The notes below the pieces were generated by a model. The model was not told the origin of the DNA and ran no database searches. It saw nothing but the letters and a program-made list of their open reading frames with translations. DNA of 64,000 nt from Meyerozyma guilliermondii (taxonomy: Eukaryota): positions 930,001 through 994,000 of the forward strand of contig CP128815.1 of assembly GCA_051546255.1 (NCBI GenBank), in the 5' to 3' direction. The position numbers were made by a program, and so were the translations under genes. Positions 49,770 to 57,914 of this stretch are shown piece after piece. How positions within the stretch are numbered: position 1 is the stretch's first letter; every line of letters starts with the position of its first letter.

Positions 49770-51206
49770 CTACTTTGCTAAACCCAAATACTCGGTGGCC
49801 AAGGCGAACCCCCAAACTGATACTGGTCCCATTCCTCCGTATATAATAAGTCTTCCGATAATTTCAACATCGAATCTGGGCTTGAAAACACCAGCACGTT
49901 TTGGTGGTTCTGGTAAATTTGCACCCGAGTTTTTGTTCTTGTAATCTAACATTTCGTAGTAATCGATATCGGTTGCGGGTCCAACCATGTCTGTCTTTGA
50001 GTGGTCAGCAATTCCTCGTATGAGTTTGTTGAAATCACCAATGTTATCAGCACTGTTATTCAAGTTGGAAATGGACTGAGACCGAATTTGACGAGTGGTC
50101 AGCTTGGTGAAAGCAGTAGCCTGGAAGTTCTTTCTGGGTATGTAGACACCTACGCGCTTGTAGATTGGCGGGAGGATTGTGAACACCACAGGTTTGGATA
50201 CCGACTTCCATACTGCAACTAAAAAGACTCCTAGTACCACTCTTGCAATCACTTTAACTAGACCAAGTGTGTTATAATCATAGAAGATCACGAGCGGATC
50301 GCCAGAGCTGGTAGCCAAGTACCCGGTGTTGAAACAGAGCCAGTGAGCCAAATCGACACCGATGAGAACACCAATGAATGCCACTGTATCGTCGAAACAT
50401 GGACAATCGTCAACGGGCTCCGAATGGGTATTGATTAACAAAAGATACATCACAACCACGAGGACCGGAGCAAGAGCTCTACCCCATTTTGTACTAGCGT
50501 TGAAAAGCAACATATCCCAAGCATTTCCCCAAACGTAGCGGAAGATAAATAATCCAGTACCAATAATGGATCCCACCAACAAGTCGAGGAATCCGTGCAT
50601 TCCACAGTAAAGTCTTCCAAATATCAAGGAAAAGTAATAAATAAAGAGAATGCTTGCCAAAACGACAAACTTGATTGGGGTGAACTGGTCTCTAGAATCG
50701 TAGAGTCTCAGAAACAAGACCAACGAAACTGCGGTCGCATTGGCACTGTGACTGGATGGAAACCCATATTCCTGAGCAGTGTATGAGCTCATGGTTATGC
50801 GATGAAGTGGTGGTGACCGAGGACGAGGCAAACACATATAATCCTTGAGGTTTCCTGATATATAAATTCCAAGACCCAAAACATAGATCAAGTCACGGCT
50901 CAAAGTGGAGCCAAACCATAATGGAACCGGCAACATAAGCACGTAGAACGTATGCGACGCCAAGTTTGCTGTCCAAGCAAAGTAGAAATCAAGCATTGGT
51001 GTTCGAATGGCTGCTTGAAGCGACGCCAAGATATCAGTTTCCATTCGAATATATGGAAGAAGTTTACTCCGCAACCAAAATCGAGTGGGAGAAAGATGTG
51101 ATTTATAGTGGTCATTGGGGAGGGTTCCAGCATCTGTATCGATTGGTTTCTTGTCATCGGTGGTGGACGGTGTAGGAGCAGTGCTCCTCAGCCGTAGTTC
51201 TGACAT
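49770..51206 (-). CDS. LCB3: Long-chain base 1-phosphate phosphatase (PAP2)
   Basis: KDYMCLPRP, EYGFPSSHSANA, GRLYCGMHG, DDCPCFDD. LCB3/YSR3 pro-orthologue. Confidence 0.94.
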   Translation of the reverse strand: MSELRLRSTAPTPSTTDDKKPIDTDAGTLPNDHYKSHLSPTRFWLRSKLLPYIRMETDILASLQAAIRTPMLDFYFAWTANLASHTFYVLMLPVPLWFGSTLSRDLIYVLGLGIYISGNLKDYMCLPRPRSPPLHRITMSSYTAQEYGFPSSHSANATAVSLVLFLRLYDSRDQFTPIKFVVLASILFIYYFSLIFGRLYCGMHGFLDLLVGSIIGTGLFIFRYVWGNAWDMLLFNASTKWGRALAPVLVVVMYLLLINTHSEPVDDCPCFDDTVAFIGVLIGVDLAHWLCFNTGYLATSSGDPLVIFYDYNTLGLVKVIARVVLGVFLVAVWKSVSKPVVFTILPPIYKRVGVYIPRKNFQATAFTKLTTRQIRSQSISNLNNSADNIGDFNKLIRGIADHSKTDMVGPATDIDYYEMLDYKNKNSGANLPEPPKRAGVFKPRFDVEIIGRLIIYGGMGPVSVWGFALATEYLGLAK

Positions 51207-51377
51207 TAAAGAAGAAATTCGCGAAATGAGATTTAGATACGGAACAGTAGATACGGAGATATGGAGATTACGGAAAAAGAGACCAAAAAAGTACAGAGAC
51301 CGTGGTAAATAGAGTGCTCCGGACAGGTTGACAGATTACACTGTCATTGTCTAATCCTCTAGTCATCTTATATTAGC

Positions 51378-52286
51378 TCATAGTATTATACAGCGTCTTC
51401 GCTTCTTGGCCTTTTCTCGGGTAAATGCAAATTCGTCGTCGTTGTATTTATTATCGGAAGCCACATATGGGTTGTAATCACCGTCTCCATCGGTCAATGG
51501 TTGTTCCAAGAGGAGGGCTGACTCAATGGACGAATTTTTATTATGTCCTCTCTTAGTAGAGATTGAAGACTGGTTTCGGGTGTGGCCAAATGCCCGAGAA
51601 AGACGGTGTTGTCGGGTTCTTTCCATCTGTTCCTTGACATTGATCTGGCGCTGGAAATGATGGAGGGCGAAATTGAACACCGTTTTGATGTTGAACATGG
51701 ACTTGGCTGAGCATTTGACGTAACCAACAGCATTGATATCGGTGGCCACCTCGATGGGTAATTGGTCATCAATGGATGAATGCAAGTCAGCTTTGGTCCC
51801 TACGAGAATAATGGGGACTCCAGGACAGAAATGGTTCACTTCAGGGTACCACGTATCGGTTACGTTTTGAAGTGATGTCAAATTGTCAAGTGAAAAACAG
51901 ATGAGTAATATGTCTACGTCAGGGTACGATAACGGACGAAGACGGTCGTATTCCTCTTGACCTGCGGTATCCCAGAGGGCAAGCTCAATTAGTTTTTGTT
52001 CGGGGGTTCTGACGTTGGCAACGTAGTTTTCAAACACAGTAGGAACATAAATTTCTGGAAATTTTTGTTGGGTATAAGACACCAAAAGACAAGTCTTTCC
52101 ACATCCACCATCTCCAACAACCACAAGTTTCATTTGGTAGTCCGATTTCTTGCTAAATGTGGGGAGAATTTGATACTGGGGTACTGCTGGATCTTCTCGA
52201 ACAATTACTTTTAATCCATTATACCCCAGTTTTCTTTCTTGATTAAGCACACTTTTGCGCTTGGCTGCCTCATAAGGATTGGACAT
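51378..52286 (-). CDS. RHO4: Rho-family GTPase Rho4
   Basis: [40 protein letters not shown]; long N/C extensions; polybasic region + CAAX (CIIL); syntenic with TRM2. Confidence 0.9.
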   Translation of the reverse strand: MSNPYEAAKRKSVLNQERKLGYNGLKVIVREDPAVPQYQILPTFSKKSDYQMKLVVVGDGGCGKTCLLVSYTQQKFPEIYVPTVFENYVANVRTPEQKLIELALWDTAGQEEYDRLRPLSYPDVDILLICFSLDNLTSLQNVTDTWYPEVNHFCPGVPIILVGTKADLHSSIDDQLPIEVATDINAVGYVKCSAKSMFNIKTVFNFALHHFQRQINVKEQMERTRQHRLSRAFGHTRNQSSISTKRGHNKNSSIESALLLEQPLTDGDGDYNPYVASDNKYNDDEFAFTREKAKKRRRCIIL

Positions 52287-52480
52287 AACAAGCAGACCAC
52301 AAAATTGTTATCGACAAGTATACTAAATTTAGCAAAATCAGATGTGTTTAGTTCAGGCACCGCCTGCAGGCGGGCAGTGCTCCGAAACAGGTTGATGGCG
52401 TGCATATGGACTGGGACAGGAACACTGCGGCGGCCGCAGCCTACAAGATAAACTTATGCTATATGGATTCATGAAATGTC

Positions 52481-52955
52481 CTATAAAGCTGGCTGTGTGC
52501 TATTAGGTGTTTCAAGTGTAAGTGTCTTTGGTTGAGTAATCGAGAAGTGATCAATTTTTAGGTTATCTTGATTCAATTTTATAGCGGCTGCAAATCCAGT
52601 TTGATTCCCTCGAATACGAAATGTAAATAACGACTAATCAATTTGTTGCTTCTTGAACCTGGATGTTAGTATCTAGCAATTGATCTCCTTCAACTTTATC
52701 ATATGCCAAATTCAGAATTAACTCAATAAGCGAAAATACCTACCATAGCTTTGACTATCCAGTTGTTACTTGTGAATGTTCGTATTGTCCATAAAGAGTA
52801 TGCGACAAGGGTACTTTTCAAGAACATCCATGACGTCAAGTGTAATTAGGTTGAAATGCGCCTCACTCTGCCGCGTATAACTTTCTTATATTCAGCTTTA
52901 CAACTTATTACATCACCCAAGAGACAAGTTCGAATCTGAACTATATGCTTTTCAT
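52481..52955 (-). pseudogene. Probable heavily decayed inverted paralogue of the 53418-53879 gene
   Basis: Stop/frameshift-ridden translation gives colinear patches (GAFQPNYT, VEGD, TLTLETPNSTQ) matching GAFTSQYT, LEGD, SLRLETSTSPQ; similar length. Confidence 0.4.
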
Positions 52956-53417
52956 ATTAAGGAATCACACTAAGGAGTATCCTGCAGCAACTACAGGAAA
53001 AGCCAATAGACCGTGTTCTAGCGGGAAAACCACCATTAACGTATATGACGGTCATTCTCTCGGGACTTTTGCCGAATGGAGTGACACGGGCAAAAAATAT
53101 CCTCCGATTATGTTTCCGCGTTCCCTAGAGCTGAAATCTTTTGAGTGGTTTCTTTGGTTTGTTTGCATTGAAATTGACGGTAGAGTATACGTTGGGCTGA
53201 AATGTTGTCCTTTTTAGTCTCTCCCTTCGATCGGCGCATGATTTTTTGGCAATTGGCCATAAAATGGCGATCGAAGATTTGGGGTCCGCTTGATTTCTGT
53301 ACTTCCCTTCAATTGTGGGGCTTAGCTGAGCCACTCTTCAGCAATCGAATTGAATGAAGTGAGAAAAAGCCTATAAAAGGCACAAGAGTGACCTTACTCG
53401 GGACTAAGATATCTAAA

Positions 53418-53879
53418 ATGTACTCAACACCAGTACGCCTTGTGCTTTCCTATCTGTTGACATTTTTAGCATTTTCAATTGGTATTAGCACCGCTATAGT
53501 AGTCGACAAAGAATTATTGGGAGCTTTCACCCTGCAATATACTACACCCTTGGGACTTGGCGACGATGCTGCAGGATTTGCAATCTTGAACGGCCGTATT
53601 GTCGATGAAAGCAATATTTCGTACCTTCAGGTGGACGACACAAGATTACCTTTGGAGGGTGATATTGGAACTAGAAATAGAGAGGAATTTGCAAGTTGGT
53701 TTGCATTGCAGAATAACTATAACCATACAATACCCTATTATGGTATTACTTTTCTGTACATCAATAATGATGGAGACACCGGAAATTATGATATTGAAGC
53801 TTTAAGAGATTCATTGAGATTGGAAACATCTACTTCTCCCCAATTGGCCAACATACAATTCGATAAAAAGCCTGAATGA
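53418..53879 (+). CDS. Small orphan protein with predicted signal peptide (153 aa)
   Basis: ATG in AAA-ATG context, TATAAAA at 53372, hydrophobic N-terminus, acidic mature part with N-glycosylation sequons (NIS, NHT). Confidence 0.7.
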   Translation: MYSTPVRLVLSYLLTFLAFSIGISTAIVVDKELLGAFTLQYTTPLGLGDDAAGFAILNGRIVDESNISYLQVDDTRLPLEGDIGTRNREEFASWFALQNNYNHTIPYYGITFLYINNDGDTGNYDIEALRDSLRLETSTSPQLANIQFDKKPE

Positions 53880-54689
53880 GAGAAGACTATATTGGAACCT
53901 AGGTGCTGCTGCTCTTTTTTATTTGGTTCCGTTTATAAAATTGATGAGCTTGACTTGCTACAAGTGAGTCACACGATCACGAAAGAATCTTGTCTTTTCG
54001 CAGCCTTAGAACTTCCCCATCTTTTTAATAGCTTGACATAATGTATACCATGAGACATTAAAGATACTGCATTGAAACCTCTTGTAAACGGCGTGCACAT
54101 AGCTGACAGCCGCAGCCCATATCCCTGCATACATCAAATGTGTCTACCGCAATGGCTGGCACCGCAGCTGCGCGAAACCGGTGGTTTTCTGCCTAAATCG
54201 GAACACTGCGGCGACCAGCCGCAGCACACACCCCCAGCACAATCCATCTCATGCGCACTCGAGACAACTTACCCGCTCATAACCCGGGTGCCAAGCATAA
54301 CATATGGGCTTGAAAACACGATTACCTCTGTAATTTTGAAGCCCAAAATGATCATACAAGCTCTATAACTACCCCCGTATCCCATTGCTCCATTCCGCCA
54401 CTTTTCCAAGTTTTTGCTGGCTAAACAAACCAGCACTGCCATCGCTTACATAATCGACACCAAACCGCGATTTTTTTCTGTCGTCGTCAAGCCATTCATA
54501 AACAACAGGGATATTCGTGCGCAGAAAAAGTATTGTCGTCTACTACAGCAACGAAATTAGGAGAAATTAGTTTTTAGTGTTCTGAATCACTTCGAAAAAA
54601 TCTGCCATTCATTTAGTAAAAGTACCCGGTGAGCTATATCCTCCCTATTCCCTCCTTTCAAGTTTATTTTGCTAGCCTAGCCATCAGCA

Positions 54690-56012
54690 ATGAAGTTTTC
54701 TTTGCCCATTTTATCTGCTATTTTGGCTTCCCTTTCCACCGTCCATGCCGCGTGCCAACAAGTCGACGGTAACTACTACTGTTCAAAAACATCTAAGGTG
54801 TACTTTGAAGGTGTTGGTTTCTCTGGTTCGTACCAAGATGTCACCAACATGGATGAATCCACCGGTAAATGTACTCAGGAGACTTACGACTTTTCTGGAA
54901 ACCTTTCTCCTTTGGACGAAGAATTATCGGTTCATTTCAGAGGTCCTTTGAAATTGTTGCAATTTGGTGTCTACTACCCAGCTTCTGGTTCCAACAACAA
55001 GAGAGAGGACGACGAGGAGTGTGTCACCCAGCATGTGCACCACAAGCACAAGAGAGCAACCCAGGTTGTTGAGGTGACCCAAACCGTGTTTGTTGATGGA
55101 AATGGTAACACTCAAACCTCCCAAGTTGCTGCCGTTCCCACCTCTGCTGCCACTGGTTCTGGTTCTGGTTCTGGTTCCGGCTCTGGCTCTGGCTCTGGCT
55201 CTTCTGGATCTGGCTCGTCCCCAGCCAGCTCGAATGCTGCTCCTTCGGCTTCTGCCTCGTCTGATAGCTCGAGCTCCGCTGCCGCTGGTGACTGGGAGAG
55301 AGTGTCTTACTACACTCCTGGTAACGCCGACAACGTCACCTTCCTCAACTACTTTGGTGGTTCGGGTTCTGGTGTGTGGTCGTCTTCCTTTGGTAACTCG
55401 CTTTCTTATGCCAACTCTGACAACAGTGGAGGTTCTTCCTCTCCCGTTGCCTTGAAGGAAACCACTCTTTCTTCCAACAGTGAATTCACCATCATGTCTT
55501 CCTCCAAGTGCAGTGGCAACTCTTGTGGATACTACAGAGAGGGTATCCCTGCCTACCACGGATTCGGTGGTGCCGACAAGCTTTTCATCTTTGAGTTTGA
55601 AATGCCATCTGATAACAGCGGTGGCTCTTCGTTCAACTACGACATGCCAGCTATCTGGATGTTGAACGCCAAGATCCCAAGAACTTTGCAATACGGTGAT
55701 GCCTCTTGTTCGTGCTGGAAGACTGGATGTGGTGAATTGGATTTGTTTGAAATTTTGTCCGCCGGTTCTGATAAATTGATCTGCCACTTGCACGATGGTC
55801 AAGGTTCTAGCAACGGATACGGTGGAGGTGGTTCCCAGGACTATTTCCAAAGACCAACCAGTGGATCCATGAAGGCTGCGGTTGTGTTCTCTGGAAGCTC
55901 CATTCAAGTCGTTCAAGTTGACGATAGCACCAACTTTGGCTCCGTCTTGTCATCGTCCACCGTCAGCGGATGGACCAGCCAATCTGGCTCCAAGGCGTCC
56001 ATTGGATACTAA
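54690..56012 (+). CDS. TOS1: Secreted cell-wall protein Tos1 (DUF2403/DUF2401)
   Basis: Signal peptide; LSPLDEELSVHFRGPLKLLQFGVY, HVHHKHKR, DMPAIWMLNAKIPRTLQYG, CSCWKTGCGELDLFE; no GPI tail, so Tos1- rather than Toh1/Pga52-type. Confidence 0.93.
   Translation: MKFSLPILSAILASLSTVHAACQQVDGNYYCSKTSKVYFEGVGFSGSYQDVTNMDESTGKCTQETYDFSGNLSPLDEELSVHFRGPLKLLQFGVYYPASGSNNKREDDEECVTQHVHHKHKRATQVVEVTQTVFVDGNGNTQTSQVAAVPTSAATGSGSGSGSGSGSGSGSSGSGSSPASSNAAPSASASSDSSSSAAAGDWERVSYYTPGNADNVTFLNYFGGSGSGVWSSSFGNSLSYANSDNSGGSSSPVALKETTLSSNSEFTIMSSSKCSGNSCGYYREGIPAYHGFGGADKLFIFEFEMPSDNSGGSSFNYDMPAIWMLNAKIPRTLQYGDASCSCWKTGCGELDLFEILSAGSDKLICHLHDGQGSSNGYGGGGSQDYFQRPTSGSMKAAVVFSGSSIQVVQVDDSTNFGSVLSSSTVSGWTSQSGSKASIGY
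55155..55202 (+). repeat. Coding hexanucleotide repeat (GGYTCY)8 encoding a (GS)8 linker in Tos1
   Basis: Directly visible. Confidence 0.9.
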
Positions 56013-56102
56013 TGTATTCATGACAATTGTTTAGATGTTTTAAATGTACAATATATTTAAAGTGAAAAAGGTTGCGATCGCGAACAGTTGCGCATCTCAT
56101 CA

Positions 56103-57773
56103 ATGTCGTACTTGGGGGTCGATGTAGGATCTGGATCTGTAAGATGCATGCTTATGGCAGAAAACTATAGGGCTACGCAGTCACGAGAGATAAGCATCAA
56201 CTACAACCATGAAAATAGAGCAATAGTGACTCAATCGTCTCGAGAAATTTATAAAGCAATAGAAGAGTCTTTCCGGCATTTGTTGAAACTGTCACCAGTT
56301 AAAGCTATAGATGGCATAAGCGTTACAGCTACGTGCTCAATGGTGGTCCGAGAGGTTATAGACGAAGAAGGAACCAAAATGGTTCTTGGTCCATACAATG
56401 GTGATCAGGACATTATCATGTGGATGGATTCAAGAAGTAGTGGTGAATGTGAAAAATTGAATGGACTTGTTCCAAAAGACAAATTGCTGTTTGTGGGTGG
56501 AAGTTATATCCCCGAGATGGGATTGCCGAAGCTCAAGTGGTTAAGTGATCATACAGACAAGCAATTGATGTGCTTTGAATTGTACGACTGGATATCTCAT
56601 CTCCTCATTGTTGGCAATGGTGAAACTGTACCATATAATCATTCGTATGGAACTGATGATGTGGCAATGGACGGCTCGATCAAGGGTTGGTCTGAGGACT
56701 TTTTGAGCCTGGTGAAAATCAGAAATGGAATTAGAGTTGGAGGATATGGTTTGGACAGACCAAGAGTTATGCCTCTAGGAAGTGCAATTGGCACGATGAC
56801 ATCCAAACTCTCGGCTAAATTGGGGATTTCAGGACAGCCTGCCATTTACCATGGCTGTATAGACTGCTATGCTGGCTGGGTGTCTACAAATCCTGAAATT
56901 CTCGAGCGAGAGGTTGATGGCACGCTCTCGATGATAGCAGGAACCTCGACTTGTTTTGTGTTGCCCACAAGTTCTTCCCAGGCTAAACCAATAGACGGAA
57001 TATGGGGACCATTCTGGCAACTTTTGCCCAACAAAAGGGTATATTCATTTGGTCAACCGGCCACTGGAAAGCTTTTTGAGGACTTGTTTCGCGAGTTTAA
57101 CGATCTTATCGGAGACCACAATAATTTCGAATTTGTTGAAAGGGAAACCCGGAAAATAGAGCTAGAGCACAACCAAACCATCAACAGCCTTATCCGTTGC
57201 TATTTCTACTATGGAGACGTTTATGGCAATAGGAGTCCATACAATGATTTTTCCATGAGCGAGGCATTCATAGACGGTGCCAATTCTTCCATTCTTCAAG
57301 CTTCTCTTTTGCGGGATCACACTATAACCAGTCTTGTGGTTCGCTACAACTTGATCTTAGAGTTTCTTGCCTTTCAAACCGAGCAAATTATCAGAAACAT
57401 TCAAAATGAGTCCATTGACCAAGTCGAAGTTAGTGGTTCTCAGGCTGCAAATGCCCGGTTTATGCAATTGTTATCTACGGTACTACAAGTTCCAGTAATT
57501 TCCACCCCAGCATCCAGCCACTACCAGGTAGTGGAGGGTTCATGTCTCATAGCCATGTGGGGACACCGATTGCAAAAAGATCTTGGGTACCGAAAAGAAA
57601 TTCGCGAGCCGCGACTAAAAAAAATATACGACCCAGCACAAGGTGCTAATTCGGAGTTGTTGCGAACCAAATCTAAACTTGTTGAGCAGTTTAGTAAGCT
57701 CCAAATAATATTTCGCCATCAAATGGAGTCGTTTCCAAAAGCTGTCGAGTCTTCAAATGAGGTATCCCACTAG
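56103..57773 (+). CDS. MPA43: FGGY-family carbohydrate kinase, Mpa43-like
   Basis: GVDVGSGSVR, ATCSMV, EMGLPKLKWL, IDCYAGW, AGTSTC, GIWGPF, GNRSP, SGSQA.N. The IDCY/SGSQ variants fit Mpa43 better than Ydr109c as I recall them. Confidence 0.75.
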   Translation: MSYLGVDVGSGSVRCMLMAENYRATQSREISINYNHENRAIVTQSSREIYKAIEESFRHLLKLSPVKAIDGISVTATCSMVVREVIDEEGTKMVLGPYNGDQDIIMWMDSRSSGECEKLNGLVPKDKLLFVGGSYIPEMGLPKLKWLSDHTDKQLMCFELYDWISHLLIVGNGETVPYNHSYGTDDVAMDGSIKGWSEDFLSLVKIRNGIRVGGYGLDRPRVMPLGSAIGTMTSKLSAKLGISGQPAIYHGCIDCYAGWVSTNPEILEREVDGTLSMIAGTSTCFVLPTSSSQAKPIDGIWGPFWQLLPNKRVYSFGQPATGKLFEDLFREFNDLIGDHNNFEFVERETRKIELEHNQTINSLIRCYFYYGDVYGNRSPYNDFSMSEAFIDGANSSILQASLLRDHTITSLVVRYNLILEFLAFQTEQIIRNIQNESIDQVEVSGSQAANARFMQLLSTVLQVPVISTPASSHYQVVEGSCLIAMWGHRLQKDLGYRKEIREPRLKKIYDPAQGANSELLRTKSKLVEQFSKLQIIFRHQMESFPKAVESSNEVSH

Positions 57774-57792
57774 ATTCTACTTCCCATTATTA

Positions 57793-57844
57793 CCCCACGC
57801 ATCCAAACACTCCGCACCAACCCCAGGCGGCCCCGCTGATTAAT
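57793..57844 (-). promoter_or_regulatory. Cluster of Mig1/CreA-type SYGGGG boxes
   Basis: CCCCAC (57793), CCCCAG (57821), CCCCGC-TGATTAAT (57831) within ~120 nt of the Zn-cluster ATG. Confidence 0.5.
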
Positions 57845-57914
57845 GTGGTATGCAGGTAATTTTAGTGTTCGCATCGAAGTTAAAAAGGACTGTCATCTAT
57901 TACAATAGTATGCT

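Noticed and set aside
52928..52936. GTTCGAATC B-box/tRNA T-loop-like motif
   Set aside because: No T-stem, acceptor stem or A-box, so not a tRNA. An isolated TFIIIC site cannot be excluded.
54924..55916. 330-aa ORF antisense to TOS1
   Set aside because: Same codon-bias artefact; the Arg/Thr/Ala runs are the complement of the Gly/Ser repeats.
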